A stretch of DNA of 64,000 bases from Utricularia gibba. Taxonomy: Eukaryota; Plantae; Magnoliophyta. Numbering within the stretch: the stretch's first letter is position 1; each line of letters begins with the position of its first letter. Location of the stretch: NCBI GenBank assembly GCA_002189035.1, contig CM007991.1:3720001-3784000 (forward strand), given 5' to 3'. Below are positions 1 through 10,928 of the stretch, piece after piece. A program made the translations under genes and the position numbers. The notes under the pieces were generated by a model. The model was not told the DNA's origin. It made no database searches and worked only from the letters and a program-made list of their open reading frames with translations.

Positions 1-1081
1 GTGTTATCAAAGGTTTCCCATGCTGTAGTGACTACTGTAGGTGCTCCTGGTGCTGCTGCTGGTGCTGGTTGCTTGTTTTCCTGATTCAGAAAAGAAAATG
101 TAACGCTCTTTTCATTTTGCTTCTTCTCAGGCCTGGTGTTCTGATGAAAAGGCTCATTGCTGGATGAGGATGGTGAAGAGTTTTTGAGCTTCAGAAGATC
201 AATTTTCTCAACCAAGGCCTGCACTCTTTTCACCTTCAAAGTAGAAAGACAGATGTGATCTAGGAAACTAGAGAATCCATGGTACAATGTTAACAGCAAT
301 GTCATCATCAAACTACTCACTTGCTGTGACTTAGCATCACAATCAGCAGGGACATTATCAAGTTGAAGTAACTGATTCATGAGTGAATCATTCAGTTTTA
401 TAAGATCACTGTGCACTACTTTCTCTCCTCTAGAAACCACAGTTTCAAATATTGAGACCTGATGAAATCCAACGGATAGAAGTTAGTTCAATGCGATGAA
501 AGTTGCAGATGAATGAAAGAGAGATTAGGAATTGGTATCACCTTTTTGGCTAGTTTATCGATCTGTAATGATATGTGGGAGATGATGACTGAAACTTTTT
601 CAATCTGGGATTTCTTCTTCATCTCTAAGTAGCGCTTTTCTTTGCTGATAGGATCCTCTAACAGCACAAGTTTCGACTTATCCTTGACTCCGGATGTATC
701 AAGAAATGCTTTAGAATCCCTTTCTCTGTTCTTGAAATACAGTTTCTGATCCTGCTGGTGCAGCCCTGTTACCCCAGATAACAGTTTCTTCAATTCCCCT
801 GAGACCCAATTCGCACAATGAGACAAAAAGATTCTCAATTCAATTCAAACTGGAAGCCGAAATTGGGAATTACCAAAACTGGCTTCGCAGCTGATGTGAA
901 TTTCATGGTTTACGTCACCATACTTAACGCGAACCCGTATTTTACGCGGCGGCAACCGTGAATCGTCCTCGTCGGCGCGTTTTTGCACCACCATTCCGCC
1001 GGGCCGGAGCTCCCACTTCTTCCCTCCACCTTCACCATCCAACGGCAGCGGCAAGCCGGCGTTGGTCTCCATCCGCATCAT
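1..1081 (-). CDS. BAG family molecular chaperone regulator (BAG1-3 class; ubiquitin-like + BAG domain), 3' end cut by window edge
   Basis: Exons 1081-874, 798-542, 458-321 and 233-1 with GT-AG sites and consistent phases. Motifs WELRPGGMVVQKR, IRVRVKYG, GELKKLL, DTSGVKDKSKLVLLEDP and C-terminal VVTTAWETFD match plant BAG1-3. Confidence 0.93.
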
Positions 1082-2700
1082 TTTGAATCGCAAAAACGCG
1101 GCGGCGGAAACTGGGATCGCGGTAAAGGAAAAAGCGAACCCCCGGGGAACAATCGAAAAAAAAATGTGAGGAAAATTGCACCCACAAAGACAAAGAAAAC
1201 CCAACTATTAATGAAGACAACAGATAACTGCTACGCCAGCTGTTGTTTCTCTTTCTCTCGCTCTTGTGGCTGAAACGAATCTACAACAAATCCTCCGTAT
1301 CACCTTTACCTCGTCGTAGTTATTGCGACTGTAATTTCCTCTCCTTTTTTTCAAAACAACTCCTGGCGATGATCCAAACCCAAACGCGCCTGAGGAGCAA
1401 GTCTTATAGAAAAAAGGTAGAATCTTGAAGCGACAGAAGACAGAGAGAGAAACCGTCGGCGGCAGCCGGCAGAGTGGACGAATCACGAATCTCATTCTCA
1501 ATCCATCGCCATCTTCATTCTCGCCCACCCTCCAAGTGTGCAAACCTTTTTTCCCTCAAAAAAAACATTAATTTTCCAATAATCAGAGAAATTAATTTAA
1601 TAATTAAAATTGAGGAAATAAAAAAAATGTTAGGTTCGGAGCTGGTACATAATTGAGGTTCGGTACACTGCTTTTAAGAAATAATTATACTTATTTATTT
1701 TTTATGTTTTCAAAAAAATATTTTAAAAACAATTGTAGTATCAAATTAATGAACTTTTATTTCAAAAAATAATTTCTTATTTTTTAATAAGCCTAGAATA
1801 TTAATATTTAATAATAATAAGCTCGGGTCTACCCCAACGTGTCCGGTGAGGTGTCGGTGCTGTGAGGTTTGAACGAACCGGCTTTCATTTTAATAACCCG
1901 GTTCGGTCCATTCATGAAATGGGTCATGTCGAACAGCACTGTTTTGAAATCATTGAAGTTTGATTATTTAAATAATACTTTTTTATTTTTTCAAATTAAT
2001 TAAAAATTATTAAATCCAATTTAATGCATTACAATGAATATTGAATCAAATGTTTTAAAAATGAAATTTAAAAATTTGAAATTATAATGAGTTGGATACA
2101 AATATGTAATTGTGAATGATTTCAATTTCCACTTTCCCCTCTTCTCCTTTGTCTTGATTAGGGAACAGTTGGCCTGTTCAAATCATCATCACATGGTCCG
2201 AAACTCAGTTGGTACCCAATACCATTCACCTTGTTCTTTTGTGGGTGTTGTTTGCATTGGGAAGAGAATCAATCAATGCATTTTACACAATACACCAGCC
2301 ACCAATATTGAAACTGAATCTGCTCCAAACGAAGCACTAGATGTCACTTGAGTAGAGTTCAAAGGTGTGTTTATAGCTGAAACCTGAATGCAGACATTCC
2401 AAGTAACTGGTTCGAGTGCTTGGGAGACATTCTAAGGAAATATGATAGTGTTCTAAAGAAAGAAAAGAGCATTGGTTCAACTTGGAGGACTGCGTTTCTG
2501 TTTCTGAACATTCTTGGGTGTTTGCTGCAAGAGAAGGCAATGAACTGGTAGTAAAGGGAAATCAAAAATTTAATCGAAAGAGATGGATCGAGAAGCTTCT
2601 TGATGAGCAAGATGTGTGCTTGGATAGAAAAGCTTCCTTTCTTGGCTTTAAGGATAATTGAGTGTGCTTGAATGCAGAGTACTATGTACCTTGCTGTGTT

Positions 2701-4340
2701 TCAACCAAGGTGTGAACTTGATTGTGCCTCCTGCTGAACTTCCTTTTGACAGATTGGGCATTGCTGTATAAGGCAAAAGAGATGGTCACTGTGGCTTTAA
2801 CTGTAATCATCATAATGCAATTCTAGTTTCTTTGATTCTCAGATAGAAGACATGAAATCAAATGTTTTGACTAATGGAAGCAGCCCACAAGCTTTTGAGA
2901 CATGCCAACACATGAAGATGATGAAAGTGAATTATGAGTAGAACCTTGTTGTCTTTCAGCCAAGGTGTGATACAATCTGTATGAAACTGGTGTGCACATG
3001 GCAGCGCATTCAGCTTATCTCCATTTTCGTATTCGGTGCGACATATCACGCACCTACAGAGAAAAAAAAACATTTTAAACTGACTCATACAAAATGCCAA
3101 CTATTGACTGCACTTGGATGAGGCTGAAGCGACATAGCTACTACTTACTCAGCTCCCTCCTGTATCTTTTTCTTGGAGGAACTCCTTTTTCCTCCTCCGG
3201 CCTTGAATGTGAACATAGGCAGCTGTGAGATAAAATCTGCAGAAACACCTTTGCTCTCTTTACCCATAGCATCTCCAAGTGAGTTCAGTTCCTAAATACC
3301 AAGAAGATTAGCCAACAACTAAGTGGTGTCTGATATCTTATGAACATCTTGCTGCATGGTATAGGATAAGGGACTCAGGTGGCAACCTCATAAGTCATAC
3401 TATCAGGATCAATATCATCAGTCCCCATGAAATTTATCCCACTTACACCCTGAAATAGCAAAAGGATCAGAGGAACCAAGACGATACAAAAACAAGGAAA
3501 TATAGCTGTTTCAGTTGTTACCATTGCTCCCTGGTAAGAGGATCCTGTTTAGCGACAGAAAGATTCTCTTAGTCAACTTGAACAAAGCATAAGATGAAAA
3601 TTCCCAAATTTCAAGACCATGAATTCAATCTTGTAACAGTTACCATTTCCACTGACTCTAAGAGAATCAGCCACTGCTTTGGCTAAGGCTTCTTCTTCAT
3701 CCATCTGTTTCTCAATGTTCTCTCATTATCATCCGAGTTTTGTTTTCTAAGACGAATACCAAACTGGCTCCCTAAAAAATGCAAAACACAAGAAATTCAG
3801 AGTACTCACCCCTTGATGATTGATCCATGCACCTTGTCCCACCTACAAAGAGTGAAACATTGAAGCTCGTGGTAGCAGCAAACCTCATAACACAATCTCG
3901 AAACCCAATAAACGAGTGATTCAGTAAATCAACCTCGTGAGTAACTCCTGTGATATGGAAACAAAAGCTATTGTCATAATCAGTTGATGATTTCAAAGGT
4001 CACAGTATACAAAAATGGGGGACAATTACTTGTAGTGCCATATCCGGAGGGTTCATAATCACTCCAATTAGCATTGTCTTGAAGTGCTCGAGCCAAGGCT
4101 TCATCAACAGCTAGCTGATTATGGAATACCTGAAGAGAACACCAACTACCATCCCCACCAGTTTTACCTCCACTTACCTTCTTTTGAAGTTCACTGAGAT
4201 GACTTTCCTGTAGCGGGATTAAGATTTAGGCACAACAAGGGACAACAGAAGTACAATAATTTCACCTGAATCATCATGATTTCTTCCTCAGTAAGATCAG
4301 CCAAATCAGGGAAAATTTCTTTAAGATTCAGGGACGCCAT
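2701..4340 (-). CDS. RING-H2 E3 ubiquitin ligase, BIG BROTHER / BB-related type
   Basis: ATG at 4340 (MASLNLKEIFPDL). Exons give DEALARALQ, DDIDPDSMTYE|ELNSLGDAMGKESKG, ECVICRTEYENGDKLNALPCAHQFHTDCITPWLKDNK|QCPICQKEV; TGA at 2701-2703. One probable -1 indel near 3720. Confidence 0.85.
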
Positions 4341-5009
4341 GAAACAACAAAACCGTGGTAGTTGCTGTCGAGGAAGCTGTTAAAATTACTCCTGAAAGCA
4401 AACTAACGACAGTAATTTTAACTTGCAGCACCCATGATTCATACGAGAGAAAGGTCTACCTCGAGGAAGAGGATTGCCCAGATCCACAACGAGAGCTAAT
4501 GTTCAAGGTCAATTTGTGTTTACCCACGACAGGATCAATACAGAGTACTATACATTTTACTTGGTCCATAATTTCTCCTTAAAGTTAGAGCCTTTTTGAC
4601 GGTGGCCGGTCGGTGCAAGAAAAAACACCCAACCACAAATTCCCACGAACGTCAGTCTAAACCAAACAATGAACCATCAGCATTCACTTTCTCACGCTCA
4701 ACAGTTGTATCCATGTGGAAACTGAATAAAACCCGAGTACATTGAATCCAAAGCCTAACCTTCATGCTACCGCACAGTGTTCTGACAAAGCAAGATTCAT
4801 AAGCTATGACGAGAAGCTTGAACCAAAACCACACACCAGCAACATTTCCGTACATTCGTCTACCATCAAAACCTGAAGAGGGCGAAATGCTCCAAAATAA
4901 AGGAAAAGATATTAATTTCCTCATCCAATTTAATAATATTTATCATACATTTTTAATTGGCAGTTTTTAATCCAAAAATATAAATAATTGATATAAATAA
5001 AAATAAAAT

Positions 5010-5570
5010 TGAAAATGGTTTAAAAAATTATTTTGAGAAATTTTGTTTGAAATAAAATATAATTAAAAAAGTAAAGGATACATTACTTTTGCTTTTAGTC
5101 ATATTCAATATAAATCTACAAAAAAATTTTAATTGATTAAATTATTGTAAAATTTAATGTGATGATATATATATATATGTATTTTCGAAAGGTATAAAAA
5201 TTATATATTATAATTTTTCTAAGTAATATCTTATTTAATTATTAAAAGAAATGCAAGAATTTCTTGAATCTTAAAATCTTATTTTACTATAAAATGAATA
5301 ACAATTATAACTTTCAAAGCTTAAATATAATTATTTAAATAAAAATAATAGGTCACAAATGTTTTTCCATTTGTGAATGATCATGATAATTCTCTTACTA
5401 AAAAATTAAAAATAAGAATTATTTTATTTTATTATCATTTTTTCTTCCAAACGTTTGGCTACAGTATTGGGCTTGCAAAGGGAACGTATTGGGCCGCTCG
5501 TGGAATTGGCTCAATTCGTTTAATTTCATATAAAATAATGTAATGAAAATGTAGAAAAAACAAAAAAGCA
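5010..5570. repeat. AT-rich ~560-bp direct repeat, copy 1 (copy 2 at 8810-9400)
   Basis: Collinear shared blocks, e.g. AAAAAGTAAAGGATACATTACTTTTGCTTTTAG, TATTCAATATAAATCTACAAAAAAA, ACGTTTGGCTACA, GTGGAATTGGCTCAATTCGTT, AAAATGTAGAAAAAA. Confidence 0.9.
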
Positions 5571-5589
5571 AATTTTTATAATGAAAATG

Positions 5590-6225
5590 ACTTTATACGT
5601 CATGCTTGTTGGTGCTTAGCCATTTGAAGACCCAGAAGAACCAAGGGACTTCCCAAAACCATTCATAGAATCACAGGAATATTGGCATCTATCTCATTTC
5701 TAGGATATTTTCATCTTCTTAAAAGCTTCAAGAATTAACTCAATGTCCTCACTCCTCAATGCTCACAACCTTGGAAGATTAAGTGACAGATGGATTATTG
5801 GATACATCGATTCTGAATTTAAACAGTAACAATACACGGGATCTTTTCAACCACTTGCTCTTTTGCAAGGTTTGCCTGATCAGCTGTCGTGAACGGGAGG
5901 CCGAGCTCCGGTAACCGGCGCTTAAGAAAGTCACAGCTGATTGAGTTATGTAGTTTCTGATGGTCGGACTTCTTGTCTCCACCACCGGAACATTCCGAAG
6001 CCTGTAGTTTGACAGCATTGAACTGTCTGGTTCAACTGCAACAAACGGAGCCCATCGATACGACTTCAGAATCTCCCTCACCTGCGGAAGCATGCATCAC
6101 TTCGTAAAAATCGTCGCCCAATTTATCGACCGCCGTGGGAGCATCTTTCCCATAACCTTCTCCGCCAACACACTCCCGGCGACGGCGGCTGTGACACCGG
6201 ACGCTGCAAGAGGACCCGCTACAAG
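5590..6225 (-). pseudogene. Unidentified decayed coding-like fragment
   Basis: Balanced-GC island in very AT-rich flanks. Contains a 104-codon minus-strand ORF (5779-6093) and stop-interrupted reading in other frames. No family recognised; strand tentative. Confidence 0.35.
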
Positions 6226-6991
6226 TATTGAATTATGAATATTTTTATTAATATTATATATGATTTTAATTATAATTTTCTTTATGAAATGTATAGTAAA
6301 TATTTTTTATAAAATACGTTTATTTCTTAAAATCATTATTTTCATTAATGATTTAATTTTGTGGTTTATTGTGAGAAATGTTAAAGGCGTTTAATTTTAA
6401 ATAATATAATATATTGTAATCAAAATATTCAAACCAGTTAAATCTTTTTGTTGATGAAAACCAATCCTGCACGAAAGATATTTCTGAGCAAAAAGAGTCC
6501 CTCTCAGAAGACAATCGAGGGGTTTACAATTGTGATCGCATTCCAACTGTGTTCGGGATCGTAGGGTTGTGGTTGTGGATCCGATCGTGGCCTTATTTGT
6601 GTCTTCTCCTCGTCGTTGATGCGGTGTCGTTGCTCGTGTTCTCTCTGATTTCGATCAGGTTTCTATTCTCTCTGTTACGTAGATACGGTGCATTGCGGAT
6701 TTCATTTTTGTGTTCGGCCTCTGCGGATGCAATCAGAGGCAGAGGTGTTGAGAGTATTGAGGTGAGAAAATTGTGAATGGTATTGTTTTTCTTTCTGGTT
6801 GTTTGGTGTGCAAAAAAAAAAGATCTTGATGTTGTTTTGCTAATACGCTTATTTGTTTGTTTTTTTGATTGAACATATTCAGTACATTTCGAAATGTTTT
6901 TTGTTTCTTTTGAGAGTTTTGAAAATGGTAATGGGTTTTGATTGATGAATCATACAGGTGAACCGCGAAAGAGGAATTCAAAAAAAAAGGA

Positions 6992-7879
6992 ATGTCATGT
7001 TCAAACTCACCCTGCGCCGCCTGCAAATGTCTCCGACGGAAATGCACACAAGAATGTGTCTTTGCACCGTACTTTCCACCGGACAATCCTCAAAAGTTCA
7101 CAAATGTCCACAAAGTATTCGGCGCAAGTAACGTGACCAAGATCCTTAACGAGCTCAGCCCCAGCCAACGCGAAGACGCGGTTAATTCCTTAGCCTATGA
7201 AGCAGAGTCCCGCCTCCGCGACCCAATCTATGGCTGCGTCGGCATAATTTCCCTTCTCCAGCAAAGGCTAATGGTAGTTCGCGGTAAATTAGAATTAGCG
7301 AAGAAGGATTTAGCCACTTATATTGGTCCCCAGTCCATGATGCCGACGTTGAATCACCCTGGTTTTATCCAGCAGCAGCAGCAGCAGCAGCAGGGGCAGG
7401 GGCTGTATGGCCAGTGAACTTTCCAGATGATTCCTTACAATAATATGCCACAAATGATGGGTTTGCCTACAGGAGTTCCAGATGGAGCACAGCAGCAACA
7501 TGTTCTCGATGCTCAAGTTGCTCAACAAATGATGGCGGCAGCTAGGGACCAGGAGATGATTCGAAGTTATGAACAACATTTTCAGAACCCACATCTGCAG
7601 CAACAGCCACAGCAGATGCAGAATGACTTGGTGAAGTTCAATAATAGTTTCGACGAAGTAATGGGAATTGGAAATCTAGCAATTAATGGGTTTAATCAGA
7701 ACGTCTCCAACGTGGCAACGATGCTGCCATCTTTGAGTCTGGGTAATACCTATGGAAACATCTTGTATCATCATATTCAGCCACAGTTTGATGTTCATGA
7801 ACAGCCCCAGCAGATCCAGCTTCAAGCTCAGGAGCTGTTTCAACCTCAGCCTGTGCCCCATGAGCAGCCAGCGGAGTAG
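6992..7879 (+). CDS. LBD36: LOB-domain protein, class I, LBD36/ASL1-like; in-frame TGA at 7415-7417
   Basis: CAACKCLRRKC motif, FAPYFP, KVFGASNV GAS block, REDAVNSLAYEA, RDPIYGCVG, coiled coil, then TYIGPQ. The same frame resumes after the TGA and stays open to TAG 7877-7879. Likely 5'UTR intron ~6659-6957. Confidence 0.85.
7370..7393 (+). repeat. (CAG)8 microsatellite encoding poly-Gln in the LBD gene
   Basis: Eight consecutive CAG triplets read directly, 21 nt before the internal stop. Confidence 0.95.
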
Positions 7880-8100
7880 ATAACGCAGCAGCAGTTGAAG
7901 TTGGAGATGGAGGTGGAGACGGAAGAAAGGAAAGAATGGACTTGATGCCCATGTTCCGTTTGTTTGTGATGCTGCCTATATGATTAAGGTGCATTACTGA
8001 TTGGTTTTGCTCTTAGACTCGCAGTCAGTGTCCTATTTCCAAGGTAACATTTGAAAGCTTTGAATGCAAGTTCTCATCTTGATAATCATTTCTTTTCCAT

Positions 8101-8260
8101 CAGTTAAAACAAGTTTACATCTTCACTGTCTTCTACAAGATGAGCACCCTTGAGACGAAGGATGCCCATTCCTTTTGCATCAGTTAAAATTTGTTACAGG
8201 TGAAGTTTACATCTTCACTGTCTTCTCCAAGATGAGCACTCTATCAGACTGCCCATTCAT
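8101..8260. repeat. Short tandem duplication (37-bp core x2)
   Basis: AAGTTTACATCTTCACTGTCTTCT(A/C)CAAGATGAGCAC at 8111-8147 and 8203-8239. Both copies are preceded by CAGTTAAAA and followed by TGCCCATTC. Confidence 0.9.
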
Positions 8261-8809
8261 CTATGTTCTCACAATGGAATCTGAATGGCAAGATTCCTGA
8301 GATGTACTAATTCCACCAAGTTCCTGAGATGGTTTAGTTTTACTACAACCGCTGTAAAGAGGAAAGAGACATGCACAAGATTCACCTGCCGATTATAAAA
8401 TGCTCTAAAAAAAAAAAAAAAGAAAAAAGAACAAAAAAGAACCCAATTTGGATCTGCTGCATTTGAAACCGTTGTTAGGAGCTGGAGGATTACCGAGCCT
8501 GCTGCATTTTCCTCTTTGTAGTCCAATATTCATTATGAAAGCTGTGCCTTCACATTAATTACTAATTTATTAAAAAAAAATTATATTAAATAATACATTT
8601 TAATTCTACAATAGATAATTAATGCTACATAATATTTTTATTTAAGATTTTATTTATATTGAAATAGTTTTAGATGGTTTTTGCTAATTCTATAATAATT
8701 AAATATAAGGTTATTTATGTTATGAATATGTCATAAATAATTATATGCAAGTATTTAATTATGAATATTTTATTATTATTATGCATAAATTTAATTATAA
8801 TTTTCTTTA

Positions 8810-9400
8810 TGAAAATGGTTTTAAACATTATTTTTGAGAAATTTTAATTGAAATAAAATACAATTAAAAAGTAAAGGATACATTACTTTTGCTTTTAGCT
8901 TATATTCAATATAAATCTACAAAAAAAATTAAAAGATTAAATTATTGTAAAATTTAATATGATAATATAGACGTATTTTTTAAATATATAAAATGTTAAT
9001 ATTATAATTTTTCTAATCAGCAACTTGTTTAATTATTAAAATACATTCAAGAAAGTTTTGAATCTTGAAATTTGAATTTCTAAATTTAATACATAATAAA
9101 TAAAAATTATAATTTTCAAAATTAAACAGAATTACTTGAAAAAAATTTCAAAAAAGAATAGGCCCCAAATTGTTTTCCATTGTGAATGGTTATCATGTTG
9201 ATTCTCTAATTAAAAAATTTTAAAAAATATATATGAAGAATTATTTTATTTTAATATCATGTTTTTCTTCCAGACGTTTGGCTACATTATTGGGCTTGAA
9301 AAAAAAGGAAAGAATTGGGCCGCTTGTGGAATTGGCTCAATTCGTTGATTTTCTTATAAAATATTATAATAAAATGTAGAAAAAAATTAAAAAAAAAACA
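8810..9400. repeat. AT-rich direct repeat, copy 2 (copy 1 at 5010-5570)
   Basis: Same collinear blocks as copy 1, with scattered substitutions and indels. Confidence 0.9.
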
Positions 9401-10928
9401 AAATGTATAATAATAAAAAATTAATTAGAAAACAACCACTACACCTAGTTGTTCATGTGGCATGCCGGTTAAGCTCATGTCCAGTGGGCCCGTGAAATGC
9501 TCAGTCAAGTGAAATGTCCGGTGGGCGGGCTATGTAGGGCCCATCATTAACACTATTTTTTTCCGAAAAAATAATATAAATTAGTTTTCACCTCATTTAA
9601 TGCCAAATAATAAAAAAAAGGCAAGTGAAATTTATTATTTAAATAAAAAACTCCCTCACCCCCCCCCCCCCCCATTGGCCACTCCATAAATTGATTTGAA
9701 TGGCATATAATTAAATTACGCCCGGCCCCATACTCATACAGTAAATAAAAACTAATAAATGCATAAATTCATTTCCTATTTATGATTATTTTTATCTCAC
9801 TCAGAAAATATTATATTATATTTTTCTTAATTTTAGGAAAAAAAATTAATTCCAATTTCCAAATAAAGCTCATTTTCGAGCACACGGGGGATGAGGAAAA
9901 ACAAAACGCCGTCGACGTCACTCCCTCTAATCAATTCGCTTACGCGCACGTGAATGAGCTTTTTTGTGACTAAAATGCCCCTCCACCGCATCCACGCTTT
10001 TGTCCGTTTTAGGAATATTAACAATATTATATTTATCTCAGAAATTATCAATTTATATTATGTAAACAAAAATTAAATATGACATTTCCAATTTTCTTAA
10101 TTTTAATTTTCGATAAAATTACATGTCATGAAGCTCGTACATTTGATGTGTTTTGATTCACGTCAATAGATTAAACCATGGGTTTGTTGAGCCCTTGAGG
10201 CCTTTTCAATGTAGAATTATTGTCCAAGATATGAAGGAAAGCAACTCTTCATCTAACCTATGGTTTTGAAATGTTATAAATACGAAAAAACGATTAATGG
10301 GTAACACTACTTTATTCTATTTTTGTAATATAATCTAGGAAACAATGTTGTATAACGTAATTTGATTATTTTGTAAAAAAATCAAAATAGTGTAAAAAAT
10401 TAAAAAAAAACGTGAAAATGAATAAGAATAACATAATAATTAAATTTTTAAGCGACTTAAATTTCCCTAATGCAAATGATCTTAACTCAGAATTCATCTC
10501 GAAATTTTGTGTTATGTGAATGATATAATTTTATTAAACGTAGTTGTCAAATTAAATGTTTTTTAATACTTTGACGGCACGTAGGTGACAATGGCCCGTT
10601 TATTAATAAATGAATTTCTGTGTTATTAATATATTAATTAATACACGAGAAATATTAAATATATTTTTATTTTAATTAGGAAAATGTGGGGGATAAAAGG
10701 GTAAAAAATAAAATGATGGGTTTCTTTTATAAATTTCAAGGTTTTTCATTTTTATAAAGCGGTGTTTATCGGTTAGTTGTGGCGTCTTAATACTCTTGGA
10801 GAAATATGGCACTGCCAGCCATGTGATCTTGCTCAACAGCCCCTAGCTGATTGTTTTGCCGACGGAGACATCCGGAAAACGACATCCTCTACGCGTCGAT
10901 CTCCGGCGGAGGTGATCCGTAGCGTGCC

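Noticed and set aside
5010-9400. Direct repeats read as the LTR pair of a retroelement (both can be drawn TG...CA)
   Set aside because: No primer-binding site, polypurine tract, clean 5-bp TSD or gag/pol remnant. The interior is a host gene with a probable UTR intron, and TG/CA ends are trivial in AT-rich DNA.
9659-9673. Poly-C run; likewise poly-T at ~51063-51085 and poly-A at ~59304-59321
   Set aside because: Simple homopolymers whose lengths are unreliable given the evident homopolymer errors.
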